A DNA stretch of 64,000 nucleotides from Malacoraja senta (lineage: Eukaryota), in assembly GCA_038087875.1 (NCBI GenBank), contig JAXLNO010000081.1, positions 62,001-126,000 on the forward strand, written 5' to 3'. Shown here piece by piece: positions 12,629 to 26,163 of this stretch. The translations under genes and the position numbers were made by a program. The stretch's first letter is position 1, and every line of letters starts with the position of its first letter. The notes beneath the pieces are model-generated. The model was not told the DNA's origin. It did not search any database and was given only the letters and a program-made list of their open reading frames with translations.

Positions 12629-13868
12629 GGTGCAAAAGTACTTTAAAAAAATAAAAAATTGAGGTCGGGTAAGGGGGGATGATAGTTGAAGAGTTGGTAT
12701 GTCCTATTTACGTGATGCTCAAACAAAAACATTTGTTTTCTTTTTTTCTCTTTCTCTTTTCTTTTCTTAGGGCCTATTTCTTAACTCTTTTTCTTTTTGT
12801 TTTTAATTTCGCTCTCATAGGGTCTTCGTCCTTTTTTGTTGTTACATTTTCTACACTTTTCTACACTTGCACTTTTTCCTTCACTTTCTTCTCTCTTTCA
12901 ATCTTTTCTTTCTTTAGTGTAAAAAAATAAATAAAGGGAGTACATTAATTGTAAGAAGATATAAATGACGAGTATTAATGTATGTGGCTGTGATGTAATG
13001 TACTTCTAATAAATAAAAATTAAAAAAATTAAAAAAAAAGTGCACTAAACCCAACCCAAGTGCACTAAACCCAACCCAAGTGCACTAAACCCAACCCAAG
13101 TGCACTAAACCCAACCCAAGTGCAGTAAACTCAACCCAACTGCACTAAACTGAACTGCAATAAACTGAACTGCACTAAACTCAGCCCAACCGCACTAAAC
13201 TGAACTGCACTAAACTCAACCCAACTGCACTAAACTGAACAGCACCAAAATGAACAGCACCAAACCTCAGCATTAACATCAACTTAACAGCATTAGCATC
13301 AACCCAACAGCATTAACATCACCTCAAGAGCATTAACATCAACTCAAGAGCATTAACATCAACTCAAGAGCATTAACATCACCTCAACACAACTAAACTC
13401 TACTGGAGGAAACTCCAGCGATAAACCCATCACAATTGCACTCAACTCCGTTCCACTGAGTCGCATTCCACTCAACCGCATTCCACTCAACTACAGTAAC
13501 TCAACTCCTCAACTACACTAAACGCAACCCAATTACACTAAACTCAACTCAACTGCACTAAGCTAAACTAAACTCAACTTCACTAGACTCACCTAAACTA
13601 ACGGCAACTGCACGAAACCCAACTCAACTGCACAAAACCCAACTCAACTGCACGAAACCCAACTCAACTACACAAAACACAACTCAACGACACAAAACAC
13701 AACTCAACTCCATTGCATGAACTCAACTGCATTTTATTCAACTCAATTGGACTAATCTCATTTCAAATGCATTAAACTCACCTAAATTCAACTCAACTGC
13801 ACTGAACTGAACTCAACAACATCCGTCGTGTTGATCCATGGGATTCCTGCTTCAATCAATACCCTTTC

Positions 13869-14344
13869 GCGCTGGAACTCCAGTATGCTGGGACCGCCGA
13901 TGAGAACATCGTGGAGCCGCGGTTCTGTGAGCGGCCAGCTGCGACGCTGAACGTTACATCCCCGAGCCTGGGATCTCTCGCTGAGATCGCCAGTGTGTGA
14001 GGCTCCGTCCGGCGCGGTCTGTTGGCTTGGTAGCTGCGGTCTCCGGTGGGCATGCGGCCATTCCTGGCACTCCAAGACGCTGGGGGTTCTCCCGACGCCG
14101 GAGTACCATCACCCGGCGAGAACATCGGGCGCCGTGGCGGCGACTATGGAGGCCTCAAGAGCCCCGACTCTGGGTGGACAAGAGAATGGGGACTGGACTT
14201 TGTGCCTGTTTTTGGGGATGTTTTTGTGTTTTGGTGTTGAACTCCTTTTTGAATGCTATGTTGTATTTTTATTGGTGTGCTGCAAGGACATCTGAATTTC
14301 CCATGAATAACGGGATTAATAAAGTCTAATTCAATTCAATTCAA
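13869..14344 (+). mobile_element. GC-rich non-coding retroposon-like insert with Rex/Babar-like 3' tail
   Basis: Splits the module; ends aatttccc..gggattaataaagtct followed by (aattc)n. Confidence 0.65.
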
Positions 14345-14597
14345 TTCCCTCCTTGAAAGCAAACCGTGAGGGAATACTGCCCCTCTCACTGACGGGGACT
14401 GCACTGACATCATCGATATGAAATATTAATTTTGGTCCTGTGGCCATCTGCGTTATTCCAACATTGGCTGTCACCTGTCCATCAGTGTTTGGTGGATTAA
14501 GTAAAGAATATATTAAACTACAATAAACTTACCGTAGCCTCCGTTCTTATCGTATCCATTTGGCCATCCTGTGGGAGAAACTGACTAGCGTGAATAA

Positions 14598-15144
14598 CAG
14601 TAAGATTAAACGAGAACTTACCAGTTTGAAGTTTGATCTTTATTTTATGAGGAGTTACGTCGAGGGATTACGTGAAGACCCCGCCAGCACGCATGCGCGT
14701 CATTCTTCAAAGCAGCGGTGTGGAATCACAGTAATAGTAATTAAATAAACATAGTAAGATAAGAAGAACTAGGATACCAGTTGACCTTTACAAGAGGGTG
14801 GGCGTGGAGGGTACGTAATCCCTCGACGTAACTCCTAATAAAATAAAGATCAAACTTCAAACTGGTAAGTTCTCGTTTAATCTTACTATTTTACTTCGGA
14901 GTCACGTGAGTGGCTACGTGAAGATGTTAAAGATATGTGATTTCATACCGTGGAACAAGTCCATGCCTCACTCACTCCCGAAGTCATCCAAGGGAGGAAG
15001 TATGTTATCGTCATTAAACATGAATCAATTTTTCAACCAATAACGATTTGTTTATTTATTTTTTTAACAAGGAAAATAATGCTCCCCCGGGCTAAATTAT
15101 ATTGCAGAACTTAAAATTCTTTCTGCAAACACTGCAGGTTTGGC
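14598..15144 (-). mobile_element. DIRS-like retrotransposon 3' end (ICR / right ITR region)
   Basis: 75-bp inverted repeat 14599-14673 / 14813-14887 with one mismatch; minus-strand AKPAVFAERILSSAI* resembles the end of a DIRS tyrosine recombinase. Confidence 0.6.
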
Positions 15145-17303
15145 ATTCAACCCAACCGCACTAACCTCAACTCCAAAACTGCACTAAACTCAACAACTCT
15201 GCACTGAACTACGCTCCATTAAACTCAACTCAGCACAGCTGCACTAAACTCGACTCGACATAATTTAGCGTGAACAATATTTGATGACATGAATTCAGAA
15301 ATAGACATTTTAACTGAGTCGTATACAATATAGGTTGTAGCTAAGGAATCTTGGAGTCTACCAGTACCTGTGGAGAAAGAATGATTTTGAGGACAAAAAT
15401 ACACACAGAAGTCAGGGACGGCAGGATGCAACCTTACAGCAATATGGTTAGGGTGTATTGAGTTCAGTTATGTTCATCCTAATCCAAGAAGCATATGGTG
15501 GTTTTAGAAAGAGTGTGGAAGAGATTGACCAGGATTATTCCTAGAGTAGTGTGTACGAGCTACAGTTTACTAAACTTAACTAAACCATTCTAAACTGAAA
15601 TTCAGTAAACTAAATTAATATCACTCAACTGCACTAATCTCAACTCAACACAATTCACCTCAACACTACTGCGGAAAACACACATAAACTCACCTGCACA
15701 ACTCAACTCAGCTGCACCAAATACAATGCTGCTTAACTAATCTCAACTCCTCAACTGCACGAACAAAACTAAACGTAACCCAACGTAACTCAGCTGCATT
15801 AAACCAACTGTACAAAACTCAACTACACTCAATTCACCTCAACTTAACTGCACTAATCTCCACTCAACTGCATTGAAGTGCACTAATATCCACTCAAGTG
15901 CACCATACTAAAATCAACTAAACTCAATTCACCTCAACACAACTGCACTAATCTCCACCCAACTGCATTGAAGTGCACCAATCTAAAATCAACTGCACTA
16001 AACCGAACTCAATTCAACTTAAATCATCGCAACTCAGCTGCTGTGAACGCAACTCAACTGCAATAAACAAGTCAACTACATTTTACCTAACTCAACTGTA
16101 CTAAATTCAACTGCACTAGTCTCAACTCAATTGCACTAATCTCAAGTCTACTAAACACAACTCGTATCAACTCAAATGTACTAAACTCAACACAACTGCA
16201 CTAAACTCAACTCAACAACACTTACCTCAACTCAACTACACTAATTTCAATCACACTAAACTCAACTCCGCAAATGGACACACCGCCGCTCCAATAACTA
16301 AGCTAAACTAAACTCAACTGCATTATATTCATCTTAACCTACATTAAACTCAACAGAATTTAACTCAAATGGAATAAACCCAACTTCACTAAACTCAACA
16401 CAAATCAACTGCACGAAACTCAACTCCACTAAACTTAATTCAACTCAACTGCATTTACCTGAACACAACTTATCAGCATTCAACTCAACCCAACTGCACT
16501 AAACTCAACTCAGCTGCACTTATTTTAACTGCACTAAACTCAACAAATCTGCACTTAACTCAACTCAACTGAATTAACATCATCACAACATCCAACTCCT
16601 CAACTCAATTCCACTACATTTAACTCCACTGAACTCAACTGCATTTACCGCAACACAACTGTACTGAACTCAACTACATGCAACTCAACTGCACTGAAAT
16701 CAACTGAAGTCAAGTCAAATGCACTCAAGTCAACTGAACTGCGCTAAACCCAACTCCACTTAAGAGAACTCAACTAAGCTCAACACAACTAACGGCACTC
16801 AACTCAACAACTGCGCTATCTTCAACACAACTACATTCAACTCCGCTCAATCCAAGTGCACCATACTCAACTGAACTCAATTGCACCAAATTAAATCAAC
16901 TGCACTAAACACAAATCAGCTCCACTGCAATCACCTTCAATAAACTTAACTCAAGTCCATTGACTTAAACTACACCCAACTGCACTAAATTGAACTGCAC
17001 CAAATTCAATTCAACTGCAATAAATTCAACTCAACTGCAATAACCTCAAATGCTCTAACTCACCTCAACTGCTCTAAACTAAACTCAACTGCTCTAACTC
17101 AACAACATTAACATCAACTCAACAGGATTAGCATCAACTCAACAGGATTAACATCAACTCAACAGCACTAAACTCCACTACAGTGAACTCTAGAATTAAC
17201 TAATCACTACTGCACTCAACTCCGTTCCACTCAACCGCATTCCAATCAACCGCAGTAACTGAACTCCTCAACTGCACTAAGCGAAACGTGACTCACTTTC
17301 ACT

Positions 17304-17620
17304 AAGCCCGACTCAACTGCACTAAGCGCGACTCAACTGCACTAAGCCCGACTCAACCGCACTAAGCCCGACTCAACTGCACTAAGCCCGACTCAACTGC
17401 ACTAAGCCCGACTCAACTGCACTAAGCCCGACTCATCTGCACTAAGCCCGACTCAACTGCATTAAGCCCGTCTCAACTGCACTAAGCCCGACTCAAGTGC
17501 ACTAAGCACGACTCAACTGCACTAAGCCCGACTCAACTGCACTAAGCCCGACTCAACTGCACTAAGCCCGACTCAACTGCACTAAGCCCGACTCAACTGT
17601 ACAAAGCCCGACTCAACCGC
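17304..17620. repeat. 20-mer tandem array aagcccgactcaactgcact
   Basis: About 15-16 near-perfect units; paralog at 48964-49262. Confidence 0.95.
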
Positions 17621-18484
17621 CCGACGTGGGCGACGCGACTTTCGTCTGCAGCGGCCTCTGCAGTCCGTCTGTCTTTTTATTATTTTTGTCTCCTTTTTAT
17701 GTAGTGTTTTATTTATTTTTTTGTCGGGGTATCTGTGTGGGGGGTGGGGGTGGGGGTGGGGGGGGGACTTTGAAATCTTTCCCCTGCACGGGAGACCCGA
17801 CCTTTTCTTTGTCGGGTCTCCGTTGTCGTTGGGGCTGGGCAACGTGGAGCGGCCTCCAGCAGGAACGACCTGGGGCTCCAGTTGCGGAGCTGCGGACTAC
17901 TCACCATCACGGGGCTGGCCGAGTCCGGAGCGGGTGGAGCTGTGGTGGAGCGCTGCTGCGACCCGACCCCCGGAGATTCGGAGGCTACAACCGCGGGTCT
18001 GGCGGACGGCAACACTGGAAGCCTGCGGGTCCCCTGGTGGGAGACCGCTTTTCGGGGCTTCCGCAGCGGCGACTTCTCCCGCCCGAGTTGCGGGGTTGAA
18101 GAGCACCTGGAGCGGGGCTTTATCCCCCCGCGCGGCTTGGAATGGCCACCGGACCTTGCGGGCGCGCGCCGGGGCTCTAACACCAAGACCCGGTGCGCGA
18201 CATTACATCACCCGGCGTGGCTTTAATGGCCGCGGGATAATCACCATCGCCCGCCGGGGGCTTTGACTTTGACTCTGACATCGGGGGGGGGGGGGGTAGT
18301 GCAGTGGAGAGATAAGTTTTTTTGCCTTCCATCACAGCGTTGTGATGGATGTATGTGTAAATTGTGTTGTGTCTTGGGTCTTCTTCGTTTTGTATTGTAT
18401 GGCTGCAGAAACGACATTTCGTTTGGACCTCAAGGAGTCCAAATGACAAATTTGTCCAAAAGACAAATAAATTGAATTGAATTG
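17621..18484 (+). mobile_element. GC-rich non-coding retroposon-like insert
   Basis: Absent from the paralogous array at 49.0-49.3 kb; 3' stem-loop and (ttgaa)n tail; imperfect TSD aaccgc/aactgc. Confidence 0.75.
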
Positions 18485-18688
18485 AACTGCTCTAAGCCCG
18501 ACTCAACTGCACGAAACTCAACACAACTGCACGAAACGAAACTCAACTGCACGAAACTCAACACATTTGCACTATCCTACTCAACAGCATGAACTCAACG
18601 GCATATTCAACTCAATTGGACTAAACTCAACTCAACTGCACTAAACTCATCTAAATTGAACTCAACTGCACAGAACTCAACGCAACAA

Positions 18689-19347
18689 CATCCGTCGTGT
18701 TGATCCCTGGGATTCCTGCTTCATTCACTACCATTTCCCATCCTTGAAAAGCAAACCATGACGGAATTCTGCTCCTTTCGCTGACGGGGTCTGCAATGGC
18801 AGGTCGTCAACATGAAATATTAACTCTGGGCCTTTAGCCTTCAACGTTATTCCTAACAATGGCTGTCACCTGTCCATCAGTGTTTTGTGGATTGTGAAGA
18901 ATATATTAAACTACAATAAATTTACCGTAGCCTCCGTTCTTATCGTATTCACTTGACCATCCTGTGGGAGAAACAGACTAGCGTGAGTAAAATTTCATGA
19001 CCTTAATTCAGAAATGGACATTTGAACTCAGTCTTTTACAGTTTATTTCGTAGCTAAGGAATCTTGGAGTCAACCACTACCTGTGGTGAAAGAAAGATTT
19101 TGACGACAATTGATCGGATCGTGCCCAAATCTTCACAACCTAAAAATACACCCCAAAGTCAGGGAAGGCAGGATGCAACCTTGCAGCAATTTGGTTAGGG
19201 TGTATTGTATTCAGTTATGTTCACCCTAATCTAAGAAGGATATGGTGGTTTTCGAAAGAGTGCAGAAGAGGTTGACCAGAATTATTCCCAGAGTGGTGGG
19301 TACGAGCTACAGATTAGTAAACTAAACCATTCTAAACTGAAATTCAG
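18689..19347. repeat. Complex module, gamma type
   Basis: Gamma markers accatttccc, gggccttt, gattgtgaag; core 18926-18961. Confidence 0.9.
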
Positions 19348-19605
19348 TAAACTAAATTAATATCAACTCAACTGCACTAATCTCAACTCAACACAATTCA
19401 CATCAACTGCGACAAACAGAAATAAACTCACCTGCAGTTAACTCAACTGCACCAAACGCAACGCAGCTGCACTCTTCATCCGTCAACTGCTCGAACATCA
19501 ACAAAACTACACTTAACCCAACTGCACTAAACCAACTGCACTAAACTCAACTCAGAGAAACTGCACACATATCAACACAACTTCATTAAATTCCACAACC
19601 GCATT

Positions 19606-19735
19606 AGGAGATTGCAACCTTCATGTGGTCCACCCTGTTTCAACGAATGCAATCAACCTGGTGTGCACAATCAAATAAGAACAATTGGAACAAGTTGTCC
19701 TACAACTTTAGGCTGTGCACACCATACGCAATAAG
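19606..19735 (+). mobile_element. 130-bp retroposon 3' fragment or short SINE
   Basis: 9-bp TSD aaccgcatt (19597-19605, 19736-19744); ends ccatacgcaa(t/g)aag; duplicated near 50377-50506. Confidence 0.7.
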
Positions 19736-20080
19736 AACCGCATTGAACTTGACTCAAGTGCACCATACTAAAATCAACTGCACTAAACCCAAGTCAACTG
19801 CACATAAACCATCGCAACTCAACTGCAGTACACCCAACTCAACTGCAATAAACAAATCAACTAAATTGCAACTCAACTGTACTAAACTCAACTGCACTAA
19901 ACTGAACTCGACAACACTAAATTCAACTCAACTGCACTAACCTCAAACCAATTCCATTCAACTCAACTGCGCTAAACTCATCCCAACTGCATGAACGTAA
20001 CTACATTAAATTCAACTCAACTCAACTGCAGTAAACTCAGCTAAATTCAACTCAGCTGCCCTAAACTCAACTCATCACAA

Positions 20081-20710
20081 CATCGGTCGTGTTGATCTCT
20101 GGGATTCCTGCTTCATTAACTACCTTTTCCTTCCTTGTGAGGGAATTCTGCACCTCTCACGGACGGGGTCACCACTGGCAGGTGTTCGACATGGAACTTT
20201 AACACTGGTCCTTTAGCCTTCTGCGGTAGTCTAACATTGGCTGTCATGGTTTTGTGGATTAAGTGAAGAATATATTAAACTACAATATATTTACCGTAGC
20301 CTCCCTTGTTATCGTATCCACTTGACCCTCCTGTGGGAGAAACAGACTGGCGTGAGTAATATTTGATGATGAATTCAAAAATAAACACTAAAGCAGTCGT
20401 ATACAGTTTATTTTGTAGCTAAAGAATCTGGGAGTCTACCAGTATCTGTGGAGAAAAATGTATGCGATGACTATTTGTCGGATCGGGTCCAAACCTTCAC
20501 AAGCTAAAAATACACCCTAAGTTTGGGAAGGCAGGATGTAAGCTTAAAGCAATTAGGTTAGGGTATATTTTTTTCAGTTATGTTTACCCTAAACCAAGAA
20601 GGATATGGTGTTTTTAAAAAGAGTGCAGAAGATAATGACCAGTATTATCCCAGAGTGATGGGTACAATCCACAGGTTAGTAAACTTATCTAAACCAATCT
20701 AAAACGAAAT
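20081..20710. repeat. Complex module, alpha type
   Basis: Core 20295-20330. Confidence 0.9.
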
Positions 20711-21655
20711 TCACTCAACTAAATTAAAATTAACTCAAATGCACTCATCTCAACGAAACTCAACACAATTCACCACAACTCAACTGCAGTAAACACTGCC
20801 AACTCATCTGCACTTAACCCAACCCAACTCAATTGCACTAAACCAACTGCACTAAACTCAATTCAGAGAAACTACACTAACATCAACACAACTGCACTCG
20901 ACTCCGCAAAACAGCATCCAACTTGACTCGTGCACCAGAATAAAATCAACTGCACTAAAACCAACTCAACTGCAATGAAATCAACGCAACTCAACTGCAG
21001 TACACGCAACTCAACTGCAATATTCAAGTCAACTAAATCGTACATAACTCAAATGTATTAACCTCAACTGCTCTAAACACAACTCTGCTCAGCTCAATTC
21101 ACCTCAAATCAACTGCACTAAACTCAACTCAACTACACTAAACACAACTCTATAACTGCACTAATCTCAACACAACTGCGCTCAACTCCGCTCCACTATA
21201 CTAAACTAAACTCAAATGCATTATATTCAACTGAACTACATTAAACTGAACAGCACTAAACTCAAAGGGAATAAACCCAACTGCACTAAACTCAACACTA
21301 AACAACTGCACGAAACACAACTGACCACAACTGCATTTACCTCAACACAAATGTACATAATTCAATTCAACCTCAACTCCAAAACTGCACTAAACTCAAC
21401 ACAGCTGCACTAAACTACGCTCCACTAAACTCAACTAAACTCAGCACAGCCGTATGCAACTCCGCTCCACTCTACTCAACACAACACAACACAACACAGC
21501 AGTATTCAACTCCCCTCCACTCAACTCAACACAGCTGCACTCAACTCAACTCAACTGCAATCAACTCCACTCCACTGCATTAAATTCAACTGAACTACAT
21601 CAACAGCACTAAACTCAAATGGAATAAACCCAACTGCACGAAACGGAACTCCACT

Positions 21656-21750
21656 CTGAAGAAGGGTTTCGGCCCGAAACGTTGCCTATTTCTTTCGCTC
21701 CACAGATGCTGTCTCACCCGCTGAGTTTCTCCAGCATTTTTGTCTACCTT
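21656..21750 (+). mobile_element. Penelope-like terminal repeat fragment with minimal hammerhead motif
   Basis: ctgaagaagggtttcggcccgaaacgtt, the same sequence as downstream of the GIY-YIG region at 38410; duplicate at 52473-52567. Confidence 0.75.
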
Positions 21751-22644
21751 CCAATAAATTCAGCTGTATTTACTTAAATACAACTTATCTGCATTCAACG
21801 CAACCCAACTATACTGAACTCAACTCAACTGCACTTAATTCAACTGCAGTAAATTCAACACAAATCTACTCCTCAACTGCATTTACCTCATCACAACACT
21901 CAATTCATCATTTACACTCAACTCAATTGCACTAAATTTAAATTCCACTGAACTCAACTGGATTTACCGCATCACAACTGTACTGAACTCATCTACATGC
22001 AACTCAACTTCACTGAACTCAACTGCACTCAAGTCAACTGCACTATACTCAACTCAACTGCACTAATCCCAACTCAACTGCATTCAACTCAACCGCACTA
22101 AACACAACTAAACTCAGCTGCACTAACCTCAACACAACTTAACAGCACTCAACGCAACTCCTCAACTGCGCTAACTTCAACACAACACCACTCAACTCCG
22201 CCCAATCCAAGGGCACCATACTAAACTGAACTCAATTGCACGAAATTCAAACAACTGCAGTAAACACAACTCAGCTCAACTACAATCACCTTCACTAAAC
22301 TCAACTGAAGTCCACAGAATTAAGCTACATTGAACTGCACCAACTTCAAATACACTGAACTCAACTCATCAATAGCATTAAACTCAACACAACTGCATAC
22401 AACTACGCTGCACTAAACTCGACTCGACATCATTTAACTCAACCGAACTGCTCTAAACTCAACTCAACTGCACTCGAATGCACCGAACTCAACAGCGCTG
22501 AACTCATCCTAACTGCACTAACCACCTCAACTGCACTAAACTCAACTCAACAGCATTAACATCAACTCAACAGCATTAACATCAATTCAACAGCATTAAC
22601 ATCAACTCAACAGCATTAACATCAACTCAACAGCATTAACATCG

Positions 22645-23918
22645 AACATAGAAACAAAGAAACATAGAAAATAGGTGGAGGATGAGGCCATTCGGTCCTC
22701 CGAACCAGCACCGCCATTCATTGTGATCATGGCTGATCGTCCGTAATCAATAACCCTGCCTGCCTTCTCCTCATATCCCTTGATTTCACTAGCCCCTAGA
22801 GCAATATCTAACTATCTCTTAAATCCATCCAGTGATTTGGCCTCCACTGCCCTCTGTTGCAGGTAATTCCACAAATTCACAACTCTCTGGGTGAAAAAGT
22901 TTCCCACCTCATTCATAAATGGCCTCTCCTTTATTCTAACACTGTGGCCTCCGTTCTGGACTGGCCCAACATTGGGAACATTTTTCCTGCATCTAGCTTG
23001 TCCAGTCCTTTTATAATTTTATATGTATCGATAAGATCCCCCTCATCCTTCAAAACTCCACTGAATACAAGCCTACTCTTTTCAATTTTTCCTCATATGA
23101 CAGTCCCGCCGTCCCACGGACCAATCTCGTGAACCTACGCTGCACTGCCTCAATCACAAGTATGTCCTTCCTCAAATTTGGAGACCAAAACTGTACACAA
23201 TACTCCAGATGTAGTCTTACCAGAGCCCTATACAACTACTGAAGAACCTCTTTAATCCTATACTGAAATCCTCTTGCTATGAAGGCCAACATTCCATTAG
23301 CTTTCTTCACTGCCTGCTGTACCTGCACGCCAACTTTCAGTGACAGGTGTACAAGGACACCTAGGTCTCGCTGCACATCCCCCTTACCTAACCTAAACCC
23401 ATTTAGATAATAATCTGCACCCTTGTTTTGCCGCCAAAGTGGATAACCTCGCATTTATCTATATTATACTGCACCTGCCATGCATCTGCCCACTCACTCA
23501 ATCTGTCCAGGTCACCCTGCAAGCTCCTAACATTATCTTCACAGTTAACACTGCCACCCAGTTTTGTGTCATCCGCAAACTTGCTAGTGTCGCTCCTAAT
23601 TCCCTCTTCCAAATCATTAATATATGGCAAACAGTTGCGGCCCCAACAAGTGAGCCTTGCGGCACTCCACTCGCCACTGCCTGCCATTCTGAAAAGGACC
23701 CGTTCACTCCTACTTTTTCCTTCCTGTCTGCCAACCAATTTTCAATCCATATCAAAACCGTACCCCAAATAGCATGAGCTCTAATTTTAGTCACCAGTCT
23801 CTCGTGCGGGTCCTTATCAAAGGCTTTCTGAAAGTCTAGATACCCTACGTGGACTGGCTCCCATTCATCCATTTTACTTGCCACGTCCTCAGAAAATCAC
23901 AGAAGATTAGTCAAGCAT
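22645..23918 (-). mobile_element. CR1 LINE 3' portion (RT to tail), degraded
   Basis: [28 protein letters not shown] in frameshifted minus-strand ORFs; tail at 22645. Confidence 0.92.
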
Positions 23919-24665
23919 CAAGGTAGACAAAAGTTCTGGAGAAACTCAGCGGGTGCAGCAGCATCTATGGAGCGAAGGAAATAGGCAACGTGTCGGGCCG
24001 AAACCCTTCTTCAGACAGATGGAGGGTGGGGGTGAGGTGGGGTGGGGAGAAGAAAGGAAAAAGGAAGAGGAGGAGGTTGTGGACTGAGGAAGAGCTGAGA
24101 AGGGGAGGAGACAGCAAGGGCTACCGGAAATTAGAGAATTCAATGTCTATGCCGCTAGGGTGCAAGCGGAACATGAGGTGTTGCTCCTCCAATTTCCGGT
24201 TGTGCTCACTTTGGCTATGGAGGAGGCCCAGGACAGAGAGGTCGGATTGTAATGGGAGGGGATGTTGAAGTACTGAGCCTCCGGGTGATTAGGTTGGTTA
24301 ATGCGGACCGAGCGGAGGTTTTCGGCGACACGATCGCCAAGCCTACGCTTGGTCTCACCGATGTAGATCTGCTGACATCTCAAGCAGCGGATGCAATGTG
24401 ACCCCACAACTCGCCACATCTTCCCATCTACCCCCCTGTCTGCTTTCCGCAAAAACAACTCCCTCCGTATCTCCCTGGTCAATTCTTCCCTTCCCTCCCG
24501 CACCACCTCCTCCCTGGGCACTTTCCCTTGCAACCGCATGAGATGCTACACTTGTCGCTTTACCTCCCCCCTCGACTCCATTCAAGGACCAAAGCAGTCG
24601 TTCCAGGTGCGACAGAGGTTCACCTGCATCTCATCCAACCTCATCTATTGCATCCGCTGCTCTAG
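23919..24665. mobile_element. Penelope-like fragment with inverted halves, internally deleted
   Basis: Minus-strand CIRCLRCQQIYIGETKRRL (GIY-YIG) joined to plus-strand GTFPCNR..NLIYCIRC. Confidence 0.8.
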
Positions 24666-24932
24666 ATTACCTCTTTAATAACGGACTCCAGCATCTTTCC
24701 CGCCACCGAAGTCAGGCTAACTGGTCTGTTATTCCCGGTTTTCTCTCTCGCTCCTTTCTTGAAAAGTTGGATAACATTAGCTATCCTCCAATCCACAGGA
24801 ACTGATCCTGAATCTATTGAACATTGGAAAATGATCACCAATGCGTCCACTATTTCAAGAAACACCACCCTGAGGACCCTGGGATACAGACCATCAGGCC
24901 CAGGGGATTCATAAACCTTCAGTCCCATCAGC
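24666..24932 (-). mobile_element. CR1 ORF2 fragment, continuation of 22645-23918
   Basis: SPGPDGLYPRVL..DWRIANV..RPVSLTS. Confidence 0.9.
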
Positions 24933-25195
24933 ACCAACCCCAACCCAACTGCACGAAACCCAACTCACCTGCACTAAAACCAACTCAACTGCACTAAAAC
25001 CAACTCAACTGCACTAAAACCATCTCGACTCCTCGAAACTCAACACAACTGCACGAAACTCAAATAAACTGCACTAACCTACTCAATTGCATGAACTCAA
25101 CTGCATTATATTCAACTCAATTGGACTAAACTCTACCTTCTCAACTGCACTACTCGTCTAAATACAACTCAACTGCACTGAACTCAACTCAAATA

Positions 25196-25525
25196 CATCC
25201 GTCGTGTTGATCCTTGGGAATCCTGCTTCATTCACTACACTTTCGTTCCATAAAAAGCAATCTGTGACGATATTCTGCTCATCTCACTGACGGGGTCTGC
25301 ACTGGCAGGTCGTCGACATGAAATATTAACCTTGGTCCTTTAGTCTTCTGCGTTATTCCAACATTGGCTGTCACCGGTCCATCAGCGGTTTGTGGATTAA
25401 GTGGAGAATATATTAAACTACAATAAATTTACCGTAGCCTCCGTTCTTATCGTATCCATTTGACCATCCTGTGGGAGAAACAGACTATTTTCATGACATT
25501 AATTCAGAAATGGACATTTAACTCA
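25196..25525. repeat. Complex module, delta type, truncated
   Basis: Delta markers ccttgggaat and ccataaaaagc; core 25433-25468. Confidence 0.88.
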
Positions 25526-25884
25526 GCCACTAAACCCAACCCAAGTGCACCAAACTGAACTGCACTAAACCTCAAACCAACAGCATTAACATCAACTCAA
25601 CAGCATTAACATCAACTCAACAGCAATAACATCAACTCAAGAAAATTAACATAAACTCAAGAGCATTAACATCAACTCAAGAGCATTAACATCAACTCAA
25701 CACCACTAAACTCTACTGTAGGAAACTCCAGCGATAAACTCATCACAACTGCACTCAACTCCGTTCCACTCAAACGCATTCCACTCAACCGCATTCCACT
25801 CAACAACAGTAACTCAACTCCTCAACACAACCCAATTGCACTAAGCTAAACTAATCTCAACTTCACTAGACTCACCTAAACTAA

Positions 25885-26163
25885 GGACAGAGTTTAATGA
25901 TAAGGGGAACGACTTTTAGGACCGAGATGAGAAAAAAAATTCACACAGAGAGTGGTGAATCTGTGGAATTCTCTGCCACAAAAAGTAGTTGAGGCCAGTT
26001 CACGGGCTATATTTAAGAGAGAGTTAGATGTGGCCCATGTGGCTAAAGGGATCAGGGGGTATGGAGAGAAGGCAGGTACAGGATACTGAGTTGGATGATC
26101 AGCCATGATCATATTGAAGGGCCGAATGGCCTATTCCACCACCTATGTTCTATGTTTCTATGT
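25885..26163 (+). mobile_element. CR1 3' fragment
   Basis: TQRVVNLWNSLP region plus ctatgttt tail; flanked by ctaa. Confidence 0.88.

Larger units (their letters stand above)
6768..13037 (+). mobile_element. Full-length L1-clade LINE
   Basis: 5' GACTTCCGG start, two open ORFs, T-rich 3' UTR, AATAAA at 13008, A-rich tail, 14-bp TSD AAGTGCACTAAACC at 6754-6767 and 13038-13051. Confidence 0.95.
13820..15600. repeat. Complex module, beta type, interrupted (pieces 13820-13868, 14345-14597, 15266-15600)
   Basis: Beta markers aattttggtcc and tttggccatcc; core 14533-14568. Confidence 0.85.

Noticed and set aside
6990..12930. Antisense and 3' UTR ORFs within L1
   Set aside because: Shadow ORFs of ORF1/ORF2 or translations of the T-rich UTR
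13038..13130. aaacccaaccc arrays as telomeric repeats, or aagtgc as miR-430 seeds
   Set aside because: No (CCCTAA)n runs and no pre-miRNA hairpins; these are satellite 20-mers
17582..18475. Overlapping ORFs in the GC-rich inserts (also 13788-14329 and 39489-40238)
   Set aside because: Open on both strands and in several frames because of GC content and tandem repeats; no domain motifs
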